Shown here: positions 19,428-31,200 of the stretch, piece after piece
Layout of the letters: each line of letters opens with the position of its first letter
Numbering within the stretch: the stretch's first letter is position 1
Source: Burkholderiaceae bacterium
GTDB taxonomy: Bacteria > Pseudomonadota > Gammaproteobacteria > Burkholderiales > Burkholderiaceae_C
Reading direction: 5' to 3'
Assembly: GCA_023954035.1 (NCBI GenBank)
Contig: JAMLIT010000005.1
Coordinates: 15,830-79,829 of the forward strand
Length of the DNA: 64,000 nt
Position numbers and translations under genes: made by a program
The notes under the pieces: model-generated
What the model was told of the DNA's origin: nothing
Database searches by the model: none
Seen by the model: the letters and a program-made list of their open reading frames with translations, nothing else

Positions 19428-20585
19428 ATGAAAACGAATCTTCTCGAATTCGACCTGGCTGGCTTGGTGGCTTTCTGTGAAAGTCTCGGGGAGAAGCGTT
19501 TTCGGGCGATACAAATCTATCGTTGGATCCATCAGCAAGGGGCGAGCGACTTCGCTGCAATGACCGACCTCGCCAAGAGTCTTCGCTTCAAGCTGGAACA
19601 AAACGCGTGTATCGAACCACTGAAGGTGGCGAGTGAGCATCGTTCCAAAGACGGCACAGTCAAGTGGCTGTTCGACGTTGGAGATGGCAATGCTGTGGAA
19701 GCGGTATTCATTCCTGAGGATGACCGCGCGACGTTGTGCATTTCCTCTCAGGCAGGCTGTGCGGTCGGATGTCGCTTTTGTTCGACGGGTCACCAAGGCT
19801 TTAGTCGCAACCTTACGGCAGGCGAGATCATTGCCCAACTTTGGTTTGCAGAGCACAGCCTGCGCCGTTCCTCCGGTACAACGGAAAGGGTCATCTCCAA
19901 CGTCGTAATGATGGGCATGGGGGAGCCACTGCAGAACTATTCTGCTCTCGTTCCGGCGCTGCGCACGATGCTCGACGACCACGCCTATGGACTGTCGCGC
20001 CGCCGGGTTACGGTGTCGACCTCTGGCGTGGTTCCCATGATGGATCGGCTGGCGCGCGACTGTCCTGTAGCGCTCGCAGTTTCGCTTCACGCGCCAGATG
20101 ACGTGCTGCGCGATCACTTGGTGCCGCTCAACCGCAAGTATCCGTTGCGAGAACTGCTGGATGCCTGCGTGCGCTATCTCGCGTCAGCGCCGCGCGACTT
20201 CATCACGTTTGAGTATTGCATGCTTGACGGGGTGAACGACCGCGCGGAACAGGCGCATCAATTGGTCGATCTGGTTCGCGCTGCGTTGCCGGGAAAATCA
20301 TGGTGCAAGTTCAATCTGATCCCCTTCAATCCGTTTCCCGCATCCGGATTGTCGCGCTCGCCGCCACCTGCAATTGATGCATTTGCAGAAGTTCTGAGCC
20401 ATGCCGGCATCGTGACGACGGTCAGAAAAACTCGCGGAGACGATATCGATGCCGCTTGCGGGCAACTCGCGGGAGAGGTGCGTGATCGCACCCGGGCCGC
20501 GGAGCGCATGGCATCGCGTCGCACCATCTCGATCCATCGAGCGAAGGCAAGGACTTTCGATTGCAAGGAGGCAGACATTGGTTGA
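19428..20585 (+). CDS. rlmN: 23S rRNA/tRNA methyltransferase RlmN (radical SAM)
   Basis: [34 protein letters not shown]. Confidence 0.97.
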   Translation: MKTNLLEFDLAGLVAFCESLGEKRFRAIQIYRWIHQQGASDFAAMTDLAKSLRFKLEQNACIEPLKVASEHRSKDGTVKWLFDVGDGNAVEAVFIPEDDRATLCISSQAGCAVGCRFCSTGHQGFSRNLTAGEIIAQLWFAEHSLRRSSGTTERVISNVVMMGMGEPLQNYSALVPALRTMLDDHAYGLSRRRVTVSTSGVVPMMDRLARDCPVALAVSLHAPDDVLRDHLVPLNRKYPLRELLDACVRYLASAPRDFITFEYCMLDGVNDRAEQAHQLVDLVRAALPGKSWCKFNLIPFNPFPASGLSRSPPPAIDAFAEVLSHAGIVTTVRKTRGDDIDAACGQLAGEVRDRTRAAERMASRRTISIHRAKARTFDCKEADIG

Positions 20586-21411
20586 TTCCGTTGACCGTCG
20601 CAGCGCATGGGCGACCTGCATTTTGTTGGCGCTTGTCGTGCTTGGCGCGGGTACGGGGCTGTCCGGCTGCTCGAGTCTCGGAAAAACCTCCGTGGGTCCG
20701 CAGTCGGCCCAATATCTCACTGCCTCAGACGAGCCGGAAGTGCGCAGGCGCGCGCGCATTCGGCTGGAACTGGCTGTAAGCTATCTCGCGCACGGCCAGA
20801 CGAAGGTCGCACTCGATGAGGTGAAGCAGTCGCTTGCGGCCGATCCGACGTATGCCGATGCGTACAACGTGCGTGGCCTTGTCTATATGCGGCTCAACGA
20901 CTTTGCCCAGGCTGATGAGAGCTTTCAGCGGGCGCTTGCCTTGCATCCGGGCGATGTCGATGCGCTGCACAATCGCGGCTGGCTGCTATGCCAGCAACAA
21001 AAATACTCCGAGTCCGACCAGCTATTCGCCCGTGTGCTTGCCGACCCAAGCTACGCAGGACGCGGCAAAACTTTGATGGCTCAAGGCTTGTGCCAGGCGC
21101 GTGCGGGGGACCATGCTCTTGCCGAAAAGACCTTGCTTTCTGCCTACGAAATCGACGCCGGAAACCCCGTGGTGGCCTACAACATCGGTGTGCTTCAATA
21201 TCAGCGTGGGGAGTTCAAGCGCGCCCAGTTTTATGTGCGCCGATTGAACAACACCGAGCTGGCCAACGCCGAATCATTGTGGCTTGGCATAAAGATTGAG
21301 CGTGCCTTGAAAGACCCGGTGGCGGTGCGTCAACTCGGAGACCAGCTGCGCCGACGGTTTCCCGACTCGCGCGAGCACGCGGCCTTTCAACGAGGGGCTT
21401 TCGATGAATGA
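20578..21411 (+). CDS. pilW: Type IV pilus biogenesis/stability TPR lipoprotein PilW/PilF
   Basis: Lipobox [13 protein letters not shown], TPRs, [12 protein letters not shown]; conserved position after rlmN. TTG start after AGGAGG. Confidence 0.88.
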   Translation: MVDSVDRRSAWATCILLALVVLGAGTGLSGCSSLGKTSVGPQSAQYLTASDEPEVRRRARIRLELAVSYLAHGQTKVALDEVKQSLAADPTYADAYNVRGLVYMRLNDFAQADESFQRALALHPGDVDALHNRGWLLCQQQKYSESDQLFARVLADPSYAGRGKTLMAQGLCQARAGDHALAEKTLLSAYEIDAGNPVVAYNIGVLQYQRGEFKRAQFYVRRLNNTELANAESLWLGIKIERALKDPVAVRQLGDQLRRRFPDSREHAAFQRGAFDE

Positions 21412-22339
21412 TCGCGAGCAAGGGATGGGCTCTGTGCCGGAGGCGGGCCAGCATCCTGCTGTTTCGGCCGGTGCGCTGCTGCGTGAGGCGCGAGTGGCCG
21501 CTGGAGTCCACATCGAGTCGATTGCGTTTTCGCTAAAGGTGCCTGTTAGCAAGATAGAAGCGCTTGAGCGCGACGAGTTCGAGGCGCTGCCGGATGCCGT
21601 TTTTGCGCGGGCATTGGCTGGTAGCGTGTGCCGTGCCCTCAAAATCGATTCGACGCCGGTGTTGGCGCTGTTGCCCCAAGGGGCTGCGAAGCCGCTTGCG
21701 CCGCAGCAAGCGTCTGTCAATGCCAGTTTTCGGGATGCGTCGGAGCGCTCGCCCGGCCTACTCAGTCGCCTTTCAAAACCATTCGCGCTGGCAGTGATTG
21801 CGTTGCTCGTCGGCGCAGGGGTGCTCGCTTGGTTTCCGTCTGCGCTCTATTGGAAGGAGAGCGGGAGCGATGCCCCTACTGCCGCTGCTTCTTTGGCCTC
21901 CTCTGCGACCGACCCCGGTCCGGTTGTGCCGGTCGCTGGTGCTGCGCCTTCCGCTAAAGTCGCAGCTGCGCAGCCGGCGTCTCCCAGCAGCCCTCCGGAC
22001 GCCTCTGCAGGCAGCATGGTCGAGCCAACCCGCGCGGCGGAATCCGTGGAGGCCGCCGCAGCTCCAGCCACAGAAAAGGCCGGCGAGGCGGTCTCGGCGT
22101 CACCCCGGGTATTGTTCAAGGCGCGGAGCGAAAGCTGGGTTCAAGTCAAGGATGCGCAGGGCGCAGTGGTCCTTGAACGAACTCTGAAGGCCGGGGAGAG
22201 TGCTTCTCTCAACCAATCGGGCCGTCTGGCAATCGTCGTCGGCCGAGCTGACGCCACGGATGTGTATGTCCACGGAAATCAGCGCGATTTGCTGGGACTG
22301 GCGCGTGAGAACGTCGCTCGATTTGAGGTCCAACCATGA
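21404..22339 (+). CDS. rodZ: RodZ-like HTH membrane protein
   Basis: N-terminal HTH ([10 protein letters not shown]...KIEALE), one TM segment, C-terminal SWVQVKDA...NVARF; lies between pilW and ispG. Confidence 0.8.
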   Translation: MNDREQGMGSVPEAGQHPAVSAGALLREARVAAGVHIESIAFSLKVPVSKIEALERDEFEALPDAVFARALAGSVCRALKIDSTPVLALLPQGAAKPLAPQQASVNASFRDASERSPGLLSRLSKPFALAVIALLVGAGVLAWFPSALYWKESGSDAPTAAASLASSATDPGPVVPVAGAAPSAKVAAAQPASPSSPPDASAGSMVEPTRAAESVEAAAAPATEKAGEAVSASPRVLFKARSESWVQVKDAQGAVVLERTLKAGESASLNQSGRLAIVVGRADATDVYVHGNQRDLLGLARENVARFEVQP

Positions 22340-23610
22340 GCGAGTGTCTCGCCGGACGCAGCCCCGTCTCCTTCTCCCTGCCCCAGCGCCGCCGAACCCG
22401 TCAGGCGCGCATCGAATGCAACGGGAAATGGCTGACCGTGGGCGGCGATGCCCCGGTGCGCATCCAGTCCATGACCAATACCGATACGGTCGATGCGATT
22501 GGGACAGCCATTCAAGTCAAGGAACTGGCTCTGGCGGGGTCGGAACTCGTTCGCATCACGGTGAATTCTGCGGAGGCAGCAGCGGCAGTGCCTTACGTAC
22601 GTGAGCAGCTGGATCGTATGGGCATTGATGTGCCCTTGGTCGGCGACTTTCACTACAACGGGCATACCCTTCTGACCGATTTTCCGGAATGCGCCCAGGC
22701 CCTTGGAAAATACCGCATCAATCCCGGAAACGTGGGCAAAGGCGACAAGCGGGATCGCCAGTTTGGTTTGATGATCGAAGCGGCAGCGCGATGGAACAAG
22801 GCTGTGCGCATCGGGGTGAATTGGGGGAGTCTGGACCAGGACCTGCTTGCCAGTCTCATGGACGAGAACAGCTTGCGAAAGACGCCGTGGGATGCACGGC
22901 AGGTCATGTACGAAGCCTTGATTGCCTCTGCCATGGACTCTGCCCGGCGTGCCGAGGAAATCGGCCTGGCTGGTGAACAGATTATTCTTTCATGCAAGGT
23001 CAGCGGTGTGCAGGACCTGGTCGCGGTCTACCGCGAACTTGCCAACCGTTGCGACTACGCCCTGCATCTGGGTTTGACCGAGGCAGGGATGGGGACCAAG
23101 GGTACCGTCGCTTCGGCGGCTGCGTTGTCCATTCTGCTTCAGGAAGGTATTGGGGACACCATTCGAGTTTCGCTCACCCCCAAGCCGGGCGAGAGCCGCA
23201 ACCAGGAAGTCGTTGTCGCATCAGAAATTCTCCAGGCGCTCGAATTGCGCCGCTTCGTGCCGAGTGTTACCGCCTGTCCCGGCTGCGGCCGTACCACTAG
23301 CACCACCTTTCAGGAATTGGCCAAGGACATCGACGATTTCTTGCGCGAGCGCATGCCCGAGTGGAAAAAAGCGTTCCCCGGAGTTGAATCCCTCAAGGTC
23401 GCCGTGATGGGTTGCATCGTCAATGGTCCGGGCGAGAGCAAGCACGCGGACATTGGCATCAGCCTGCCGGGCACGGGCGAGGCGCCTGCAGCGCCAGTCT
23501 ATATCGATGGTGAAAAGAGCGTCACGCTGCGCGGCGAAGACATCCTATTGCAGTTTCGCAGCTTGGTTGAAGCCTACATCCAGCGTCGTTTCGGGAACTC
23601 CGCCATTTAG
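22336..23610 (+). CDS. ispG: HMBPP synthase
   Basis: [42 protein letters not shown]. Confidence 0.97.
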   Translation: MSECLAGRSPVSFSLPQRRRTRQARIECNGKWLTVGGDAPVRIQSMTNTDTVDAIGTAIQVKELALAGSELVRITVNSAEAAAAVPYVREQLDRMGIDVPLVGDFHYNGHTLLTDFPECAQALGKYRINPGNVGKGDKRDRQFGLMIEAAARWNKAVRIGVNWGSLDQDLLASLMDENSLRKTPWDARQVMYEALIASAMDSARRAEEIGLAGEQIILSCKVSGVQDLVAVYRELANRCDYALHLGLTEAGMGTKGTVASAAALSILLQEGIGDTIRVSLTPKPGESRNQEVVVASEILQALELRRFVPSVTACPGCGRTTSTTFQELAKDIDDFLRERMPEWKKAFPGVESLKVAVMGCIVNGPGESKHADIGISLPGTGEAPAAPVYIDGEKSVTLRGEDILLQFRSLVEAYIQRRFGNSAI

Positions 23611-23660
23611 AAAAATTTGGGCCCTGTCGGATGTGCGGTCCGATATGGCTTGAGCTAGCT

Positions 23661-24974
23661 ATGCTTCAGACAAAGAAAGAAAAAATCTCTTCGGTGAAGG
23701 GAATGAACGACATTCTTCCGCCCGCTTCGGCTGGTTGGGAGTGGCTCGAGGCCAAAGTTCGCGTCTTGATGGCCCGCTATGCCTATAGAAATATCCGCAC
23801 GCCCATTGTTGAAAACACCGGGCTGTTTGTTCGCGGATTGGGTGAGGTGACCGATATTGTGGAGAAGGAGATGTACTCCTTTGAAGACCGCTTGAATGGC
23901 GAAATGCTGACGCTTCGGCCGGAAAACACAGCTGGTGTGGTGCGCGCCGTGAGCGAGCATGCTTTGCTCTACGACGGTGGAAAACGACTGTATTACATGG
24001 GTCCGATGTTTCGGCACGAGAGGCCACAGCGCGGTCGTTACCGACAGTTTCACCAAATCGGCGCGGAAGCGCTGGGTTTTCCGGGGGCAGAGATCGACGC
24101 CGAACTCATTCTTCTCGCCCATGCTCTCTGGCAGGAACTTGGTCTCACCAACGTCAGGCTTGAACTCAATACGCTGGGACAGCCTGCCGAGCGCAAGATG
24201 CATCGCGAAGCACTCGTTCGCTATTTCGAGCAAGCAATCGATCGTCTGGATGACGATGCCAGGCGCCGCCTGCACAGCAATCCCTTGCGCATTCTGGACA
24301 GCAAAAACCCAAACATGCAGGGGGTGATTGAGGCGGCCCCACAGCTGCGCGACTACGTGGATTCGGAATCTTTGGCGCATTTCGATTTGGTCACCTCGAT
24401 TCTGGATGCCAACGGTGTGGCCTGGCGGTTCAATCCACGTTTGGTTCGAGGCCTCGATTACTACAACCGAACGGTATTTGAATTCGTCACCGACGAATTG
24501 GGTGCGCAAGGCACTATTTGTGGGGGCGGTCGCTACGACTATCTGATCGAAGAGATTGGCGGCAAGAGCGCACCTGCCGTCGGTTGGGCCATGGGTGTCG
24601 AGCGCGTCTTCGAACTGCTCAATCTGAAATCTCAGGCATACCCCTTGCCAGTTCCGGACGCTTACGCCGTGCTACCCGACGCTTCAGTGATTCCGTCGGC
24701 CTGTGTGGTGCTTGAAACCTTGCGTCGCGCAGGCGTGCAGGTGCAAATGCACAGCCCCTCGACTCCGGGCGCGGGAATGGGCAGTATGAAATCGCAGCTG
24801 AGGCGTGCCGATGCCAGCGGCGCGCAGCATGCCATCATCTTCGGCATGGATGAGTTCGAGCGCGGTGCCTGTGTTGTCAAGTCTTTGCGCGACGGTACCG
24901 GCGCGCAGTCCGAGCGACGCCTGGCGGATGCCGCCGCATGGGCTGCCTCCTTGATTTTCACGTCAAACTCCTGA
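23661..24974 (+). CDS. hisS: Histidyl-tRNA synthetase
   Basis: [44 protein letters not shown]. Confidence 0.97.
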   Translation: MLQTKKEKISSVKGMNDILPPASAGWEWLEAKVRVLMARYAYRNIRTPIVENTGLFVRGLGEVTDIVEKEMYSFEDRLNGEMLTLRPENTAGVVRAVSEHALLYDGGKRLYYMGPMFRHERPQRGRYRQFHQIGAEALGFPGAEIDAELILLAHALWQELGLTNVRLELNTLGQPAERKMHREALVRYFEQAIDRLDDDARRRLHSNPLRILDSKNPNMQGVIEAAPQLRDYVDSESLAHFDLVTSILDANGVAWRFNPRLVRGLDYYNRTVFEFVTDELGAQGTICGGGRYDYLIEEIGGKSAPAVGWAMGVERVFELLNLKSQAYPLPVPDAYAVLPDASVIPSACVVLETLRRAGVQVQMHSPSTPGAGMGSMKSQLRRADASGAQHAIIFGMDEFERGACVVKSLRDGTGAQSERRLADAAAWAASLIFTSNS

Positions 24975-24986
24975 TCATAAAAAGAC

Positions 24987-25667
24987 ATGGCAACTCACCT
25001 CGACCTTGAAGAACAAGAACAACTCGATCAGCTCAAGCATTTCTGGGCCACATGGGGATCGCTGATTTCGTCGCTATTGCTCGTTGTTCTGTTGGGCTTG
25101 GCTGGCTGGAATGGTTACCAGTTTTGGCAAGCCCGGCAAGCAACCCAGGCCAGCGCGCTCTTCGATGCGGTCGAATCGGCAGCGAAAAGTCAGGATGCCC
25201 GGCGCATGGAACAAGCCTTCAACGATCTGCGTACCAGGCATGGAGGAACGACGCAGGCCTCGCAAGCCGCTCTCCTTGTTGCGCGGGTACTGCAAGCGTC
25301 TGGCAAAGAAGATCAAGCCAAGGAGGCGCTGGATTGGATCACGTCCCACGCCAGCGATGAGGGCTATAGAGCCATTGGCAGGCTTCGTTTGACCAGCATC
25401 CTGATTGCGCAGGGCGCATACGATCAAGCCCTGGCGCAGCTTTCTGCGGATTTCCCGCCCGAGTTTGCCGGCTCGGTCGCCGACCGAAGAGGAGATGTTC
25501 AATCGCTTCTTGGAAAGCGCAACGAAGCCATAGCTCAGTACCAATTGGCTTACAGAAGCTTTGGGCCTTCGGTGGAATACCGCAGTTTGGTCGAGGTGAA
25601 GTTGAATGCCATGGGTGTGCGTCCAGAGGAAGCTGCCTCCGGCCCTGTGAAGGATTCAGTGAAATGA
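24987..25667 (+). CDS. yfgM: YfgM family TPR membrane protein
   Basis: DLEEQEQLDQLKHFW, TM segment, TPRs; lies between hisS and bamB. Confidence 0.88.
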   Translation: MATHLDLEEQEQLDQLKHFWATWGSLISSLLLVVLLGLAGWNGYQFWQARQATQASALFDAVESAAKSQDARRMEQAFNDLRTRHGGTTQASQAALLVARVLQASGKEDQAKEALDWITSHASDEGYRAIGRLRLTSILIAQGAYDQALAQLSADFPPEFAGSVADRRGDVQSLLGKRNEAIAQYQLAYRSFGPSVEYRSLVEVKLNAMGVRPEEAASGPVKDSVK

Positions 25668-26818
25668 TGGCTTCGAATGCAAGGGTTTTCCACCTTCTAC
25701 GGCGTGCAGTGGTCCTGCTTCCGGTGTTGGTGCTGTCTGCTTGTGCCTTGTGGAGCGGAGACGCTGAACGTCCCAGGCCAGCCGAGCTGCCCGCCAATGT
25801 TCCCGTCCTTGGTGTGCGCCAGGCCTGGGTGACGCGGATCGGAAGCACTGCGGGTCTGCCTCTGCAGGTCAGCGTGCAATCGGGTCAACTGGTGCTGGCT
25901 TCTTCAGACGGGACACTTGCGGCCTTGGATGCCCGCACTGGGGCCGATGTCTGGCGGACCCAGCTTCCTGACCGTCTGGCCGCCGGTGTAGGAAGCGACG
26001 GACGTTGGGCCGCGGTCGTTTCGCGAGAGAACGAGTTGATCGTGGTGGAAGGCGGGCGAGTACTCTGGCGGCATCGACTGGCTGCCCAGGTTTTTACTGC
26101 GCCCTTGGTCGCTGGGGAGCGCATTTTTGTGCTTGCGGCAGACCGTTCGTTGTTTGCCTTCGATGCGGCCAACGGTGCGCAGTTGTGGACGCAGTCTGGC
26201 TCGGGAGCGCCGTTGGTGCTTCGCCAGTCGGGTGTGCTGCTGGGTGTGGGCGACACGCTGGTCGTGGGCATGGGCGGACGGCTCGTCGGGGTCAATCCCA
26301 GCAATGGCGCCGTCGTCTGGGATGCGCCACTTGCGAATCCACGCGGTACCAACGACGTGGAGCGACTGGTCGAGTTGGTGGCTCCCGCGGCCCGCTCCCA
26401 GTCGCGGCTGTGCGTTCGGGCTTTCCAAGCCAGCGTCGCTTGCGTCGATCTAGCGCAAGGGCGGGTCGATTGGGCGCAGAAAGCCTATGGTGGAACCGGC
26501 GTTTCGGGCGACGAAGGCGCGGTATACGGCACGGAGAGCAATGGCACTGTGGTTGCCTGGAACCGCGCAGACGGAACACGCTTGTGGGAGAGCCAGCGCT
26601 TGCTTTATCGTCAGCTGTCTGCACCGCTGCTGTTGGGCCGCTCCGTCGTGGTCGGTGACAATACCGGTTGGGTGCATTTTCTTTCGCGTGAGGACGCCAG
26701 TCCGCTGAACCGAATGGCAACCGACGGCTCTGCCATCGACGTGGCTCCCGTCGTTGCGGCAGATACCCTGGTGGTCGTCACGCGCAGCGGGAGCGTATTC
26801 GGTTTTCGCCCCGATTGA
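25664..26818 (+). CDS. bamB: Outer membrane assembly lipoprotein BamB
   Basis: Lipobox LSAC, PQQ-like beta-propeller repeats, PRGTNDVERLV. Confidence 0.92.
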   Translation: MMASNARVFHLLRRAVVLLPVLVLSACALWSGDAERPRPAELPANVPVLGVRQAWVTRIGSTAGLPLQVSVQSGQLVLASSDGTLAALDARTGADVWRTQLPDRLAAGVGSDGRWAAVVSRENELIVVEGGRVLWRHRLAAQVFTAPLVAGERIFVLAADRSLFAFDAANGAQLWTQSGSGAPLVLRQSGVLLGVGDTLVVGMGGRLVGVNPSNGAVVWDAPLANPRGTNDVERLVELVAPAARSQSRLCVRAFQASVACVDLAQGRVDWAQKAYGGTGVSGDEGAVYGTESNGTVVAWNRADGTRLWESQRLLYRQLSAPLLLGRSVVVGDNTGWVHFLSREDASPLNRMATDGSAIDVAPVVAADTLVVVTRSGSVFGFRPD

Positions 26819-26824
26819 GCCGCA

Positions 26825-28162
26825 ATGAAGCCAGTCATCGCTCTCGTTGGTCGACCCAACGTCGGAAAGTCGACGTTGTTCAATCGTTTGACCAAGTCGC
26901 GCGACGCCATCGTGGCCGATTTTGCCGGTTTGACGCGAGATCGACATTATGGTCATGGACGGCAAGGTGCCCGCGAATTCATCGTGATTGATACCGGCGG
27001 GTTCGAGCCAGAGGCTTCCAGCGGAATCTTCAGCGAAATGGCCAAGCAGACGCGCCAGGCAGTCGCGGAAGCCGATGCGGTGGTGTTCGTGGTCGACGCG
27101 CGCGCCGGGGTGTCGTCCCAGGATCACGAGATCGCCAAGTACTTGCGCCGTTTGGGAAAGCCCTGCGTGCTTGCGGCCAACAAAGCCGAAGGCATGGCCG
27201 GTGCGGCGCAGCTGTCCGAGTTCTACGAACTGGGCTTGGGCGAGGTGCATGCGATTTCTGCGGCCCATGGGCAGGGCACTCGCGACCTCATCGAGATGGC
27301 ACTGGCGCCGCTGGCAATCACGGGCGAGGAGCCATTTGCGGACGAAAAAACACCGATCCGCCTGGCGGTTGCCGGTCGCCCCAACGTGGGAAAGTCCACC
27401 TTGATCAACACGTGGCTGGGTGAAGAACGGCTGGTGGCATTTGATTTGCCGGGCACGACGCGAGATGCCATTACCGTTCCTTTTGAGCGTAATGGGCAGC
27501 GATTTGATCTGATTGACACCGCCGGATTGCGCAAGAAGGGCAAGGTGTTCGAAGCCATTGAAAAATTCTCGGTGGTCAAGACCCTGCAAGCCATCGACTC
27601 GGCCAGCGTGGTGCTGTTGTTGCTCGATGCCACACAGGGCGTGACGGATCAGGACGCGCATATTGCAGGGTACATCCTTGAACGCGGGCGCGCGGTGGTC
27701 GTGGCGGTCAACAAATGGGACGCGGTCGATGATTACCAGCGCCAATTGCTCGAGCGCTCCATCGAAACCCGTCTGGCGTTCCTGCGCTTTGCGTCGCTGC
27801 ATTTCATCTCAGCTCGAAAGCGCCAAGGTCTCGGGCCGTTGTGGGCGGCGCTGATCCAGGCGCACCAGGCAGCGAATCGCAAGATGTCGACCCCCGTGCT
27901 GACGCGATTGCTGCTGGAGGCGGTTCAGTTTCAGGCGCCCAAACGGGCCGGCATGTATCGCCCCAAAATGCGCTATGCGCACCAGGGAGGCATGAACCCG
28001 CCTGTCATCGTCATTCATGGCAATTCGCTCGAGCATGTAACCGACGCGTACAAACGCTTTCTGGAAGCGCGTTTTCGCAAGGAGTTCGATCTTGTCGGGA
28101 CGCCACTGCGAATCGAACTCAAGACCTCGCACAATCCCTACGTCGAAAGTGAAAAAACCTAG
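26825..28162 (+). CDS. der: Ribosome biogenesis GTPase Der
   Basis: Two [11 protein letters not shown]-loops, DTGG and DTAG, NKWD. Confidence 0.98.
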   Translation: MKPVIALVGRPNVGKSTLFNRLTKSRDAIVADFAGLTRDRHYGHGRQGAREFIVIDTGGFEPEASSGIFSEMAKQTRQAVAEADAVVFVVDARAGVSSQDHEIAKYLRRLGKPCVLAANKAEGMAGAAQLSEFYELGLGEVHAISAAHGQGTRDLIEMALAPLAITGEEPFADEKTPIRLAVAGRPNVGKSTLINTWLGEERLVAFDLPGTTRDAITVPFERNGQRFDLIDTAGLRKKGKVFEAIEKFSVVKTLQAIDSASVVLLLLDATQGVTDQDAHIAGYILERGRAVVVAVNKWDAVDDYQRQLLERSIETRLAFLRFASLHFISARKRQGLGPLWAALIQAHQAANRKMSTPVLTRLLLEAVQFQAPKRAGMYRPKMRYAHQGGMNPPVIVIHGNSLEHVTDAYKRFLEARFRKEFDLVGTPLRIELKTSHNPYVESEKT

Positions 28163-28309
28163 GCATTCCATCGCACGATGGTGCCGGCGACGCCCGCCGC
28201 AGGGACGACCTCCTTTCGACAAGTGGGAATTTCCTCCCGGCAGGGGATCGGGGTCCGCGTGTGGTAAGGTCAGCTTTTTACAACAACAATTTTGAACACG
28301 GAGAATATC

Positions 28310-28573
28310 GTGAGCAATAAAGGTCAACTTCTTCAGGATCCCTTTCTCAACGCCTTGCGCCGCGAGCATGTCCCCGTGTCGATTTATCTGGTCAATGGAA
28401 TCAAGCTGCAGGGGCAGATTGAATCCTTTGATCAGTACGTGGTGCTTCTTCGAAATACCGTGACGCAGATGGTCTATAAGCACGCGATTTCGACCATTGT
28501 TCCCGGAAGGCCGGTCACTTTCACCACTGCGGATTCGGGCGAAAGCGACGGCGAGCCGGGGGATGTGCGATGA
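28310..28573 (+). CDS. hfq: RNA chaperone Hfq
   Basis: [37 protein letters not shown]...[11 protein letters not shown]; GTG start. Confidence 0.98.
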   Translation: MSNKGQLLQDPFLNALRREHVPVSIYLVNGIKLQGQIESFDQYVVLLRNTVTQMVYKHAISTIVPGRPVTFTTADSGESDGEPGDVR

Positions 28574-28624
28574 GAGCCAGCTCCCATTCGTACGGTCCGC
28601 GGCACTGGCGGCAAGTTCGTTGAC

Positions 28625-29782
28625 TTGAGCGCGACCTCCATTCGTTCCTCGTCTGCTGCGCCGGTGCTGCTGGTGGGGGTGGACTTCGGGCATCCGGACT
28701 TCGACAGCGAGCTGTCCGAACTGGGCTTGCTGGCACAGACTGCCGGTTTTGATCCGGTCGCTCGGCTCACATGCAAGCGCAGCGCCCCGGATGCGGCTCT
28801 TTTCGTGGGATCTGGCAAGGTCGAGGAATTGCGTGCGGTGGCGCAAATGCATGGCGCGCAGGAAATCCTTTTCGATCAGGCGCTCAGTCCAGGCCAGCAG
28901 CGCAACCTTGAACGTGTGCTTGAGCTTCCCGTCAACGACAGGACGCTACTGATTCTTGAAATCTTCGCCCAGCGCGCCCGCAGCCATGAGGGCAAGCTTC
29001 AGGTTGAACTTGCCCGGCTGCGCTACCTGAGCACGCGCCTCGTGCGTCGGTGGTCGCATCTGGAGCGCCAGACCGGCGGCGCCGGCGTGCGTGGAGGCCC
29101 CGGCGAGAAGCAGATTGAACTTGATCGCCGAATGATCGACGAGGCCATCAAACGCACCAGGGAGCGGCTCGTGAAGGTCAAGCGCACGCGCAACACGCAG
29201 CGCCGCCACCGCTCCCGGGCGGGAGTCTTCGGCATTTCGCTCGTCGGCTACACCAACGCTGGCAAGTCCACCTTGTTCAATGCCCTGGTCAAGGCGCGCG
29301 TCTATTCGGCCGACCAGCTCTTCGCCACCCTGGATACCACGACCCGACAGCTGTATTTGGGCGATATCGGTCGATCGGTGTCGCTCTCCGATACGGTGGG
29401 CTTCATACGCGACCTGCCGCACGGGCTGGTCGATGCTTTCGAGGCAACCTTGCAGGAAGCGGTGGAGGCCGATCTGCTGCTGCACGTGGTGGACGCTGCG
29501 CATCCCGGCTACACCGAGCAGATCGAACAGGTACAGAAGGTATTGCGGGAGATCGGCGCCCAGGACATTCCACAGCTTCTTGTCTTTAACAAGCTCGATG
29601 CCATGGCCCCTGCCCAGAGGCCAGCAAATCTGGTCGATTGCTACGATCTCGAGGGGCGCTCCGTTTCACGTGTGTTTGTCAGCGCGCTCCAATCGCTCGG
29701 CATGTCCGAGCTTCGAGAGAAAATCGGCGCCATTGTGCTGACTTGCTCGGATGCCGAGAGAGAAACGATGGTGAACGATTGA
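28625..29782 (+). CDS. hflX: GTPase HflX
   Basis: EGKLQVELA, GPGEKQIELDRR, GYTNAGKST, FATLD, DTVGF, NKLD. Confidence 0.96.
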   Translation: MSATSIRSSSAAPVLLVGVDFGHPDFDSELSELGLLAQTAGFDPVARLTCKRSAPDAALFVGSGKVEELRAVAQMHGAQEILFDQALSPGQQRNLERVLELPVNDRTLLILEIFAQRARSHEGKLQVELARLRYLSTRLVRRWSHLERQTGGAGVRGGPGEKQIELDRRMIDEAIKRTRERLVKVKRTRNTQRRHRSRAGVFGISLVGYTNAGKSTLFNALVKARVYSADQLFATLDTTTRQLYLGDIGRSVSLSDTVGFIRDLPHGLVDAFEATLQEAVEADLLLHVVDAAHPGYTEQIEQVQKVLREIGAQDIPQLLVFNKLDAMAPAQRPANLVDCYDLEGRSVSRVFVSALQSLGMSELREKIGAIVLTCSDAERETMVND

Positions 29783-29847
29783 TTTTTCCTTTTTCGGCAC
29801 CAGCTTTTTAGCTGACGTCGAATCAACAGAAACCGAGAATTTTGCGC

Positions 29848-31191
29848 ATGAATTCGTCCCCTTCGCCGCAGCGCGCGGCGCCATGGTATTTGCGCCTGCT
29901 TGGCGTCTTCAACCTGAACGACCCGCGCTGGGGCAGGGGAGACAGCGACGGCCGCGATGAGCCGACTTCGGAGCAGCGCCCGGATCCCCGTCCGGATCCG
30001 CGCTCGACGGGCCCCAGAGGCGGAGGACAGCCTCCCGATCTGGACGAGCTCTGGCGGGACTTCAACCGCCGCCTCTCTGGCCTGTTCGCTGGCAAGCGCG
30101 GCGGAGGACGGGGTGCGGGTGGCGGCAATTTTCAGCCCGACATGAAAAATGCTGGCGTGGGTCTGGGCTTGATCGCAGGCGTTGTAGTGCTGATCTGGCT
30201 GGGAACCGGCTTTTTCATCGTGCAAGAGGGCCAGCAGGCTGTCATCACGCAATTTGGCAAGTACAAGTCCACGGTGGGAGCGGGTTTCAATTGGCGCCTG
30301 CCATACCCGATCCAGCGGCACGAGCTGGTGTTTGTCACACAGATTCGCTCGGTCGACGTGGGCCGCGATACGGTCATCAAGTCCACTGGCCTGCGTGAGT
30401 CGGCGATGCTGACCGAAGACGAGAACATCGTGGAGATCAAGTTCGCCGTGCAGTACCGCTTGAGCGACGCACGGGCCTGGCTGTTCGAGAGTCGCAATCC
30501 GGGCGACGCCGTCGTCCAGGCGGCCGAAACCGCCGTGCGCGAAGTGGTGGGCAAGATGCGCATGGACTCGGCCTTGGCCGAGGAGCGCGACCAGATTGCT
30601 CCGCGTGTGCGCGAGCTGATGCAGGTCATTCTCGATCGTTACAAGGTGGGCGTGGAAGTCGTGGCGGTCAATTTGCAACAGGGGGGCGTTCGCCCGCCCG
30701 AGCAGGTGCAGGCTGCCTTTGATGACGTTCTCAAGGCGGGCCAGGAGCGCGAACGGGCAAAAAACGAGGCACAGGCGTACGCCAACGACGTCATCCCGCG
30801 CGCCGTGGGTGCGGCTTCGCGGTTGAAGGAAGAAGCAGATGGCTACAAGGCCCGCATCGTTGCCCAGGCGCAGGGCGATTCTCAGCGCTTCCAGGCCGTG
30901 CTGGCAGAGTACGAAAAAGCCCCGCAGGTCACGCGCGACCGGCTCTACATTGACGCGATGCAGCAGGTCTACAGCAACGTCACCAAAGTGCTGGTGGACT
31001 CGCGAAGCGGCTCCAACCTGCTGTACCTTCCGCTCGACAAGATCCTTGCTGGCGCTGGTGCTGGCGCGCCTGTGGCGGAGCCTGCGTCCACTGCCATGGG
31101 CTCCAACGCGCCCGCGTCGAGTCCATCGAATTTGTCCGGTGATTCGCGCCTGCGCGATCCCAATCGCTCGCGTGAACGCGAGTCGCGCTAG
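29848..31191 (+). CDS. hflK: FtsH modulator HflK
   Basis: PPDLDELWRDFN, SPFH domain, AFDDV, APQVTRDRLY, LLYLPLDK. Confidence 0.96.
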   Translation: MNSSPSPQRAAPWYLRLLGVFNLNDPRWGRGDSDGRDEPTSEQRPDPRPDPRSTGPRGGGQPPDLDELWRDFNRRLSGLFAGKRGGGRGAGGGNFQPDMKNAGVGLGLIAGVVVLIWLGTGFFIVQEGQQAVITQFGKYKSTVGAGFNWRLPYPIQRHELVFVTQIRSVDVGRDTVIKSTGLRESAMLTEDENIVEIKFAVQYRLSDARAWLFESRNPGDAVVQAAETAVREVVGKMRMDSALAEERDQIAPRVRELMQVILDRYKVGVEVVAVNLQQGGVRPPEQVQAAFDDVLKAGQERERAKNEAQAYANDVIPRAVGAASRLKEEADGYKARIVAQAQGDSQRFQAVLAEYEKAPQVTRDRLYIDAMQQVYSNVTKVLVDSRSGSNLLYLPLDKILAGAGAGAPVAEPASTAMGSNAPASSPSNLSGDSRLRDPNRSRERESR

Positions 31192-31200
31192 GAGAGCAGA

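Noticed and set aside
28162-28185. Hairpin GGCA-TT-CCATCG-CA-CGATGG-TGCC after der
   Set aside because: No U-tract and a very small loop, so it cannot be called a terminator or sRNA.
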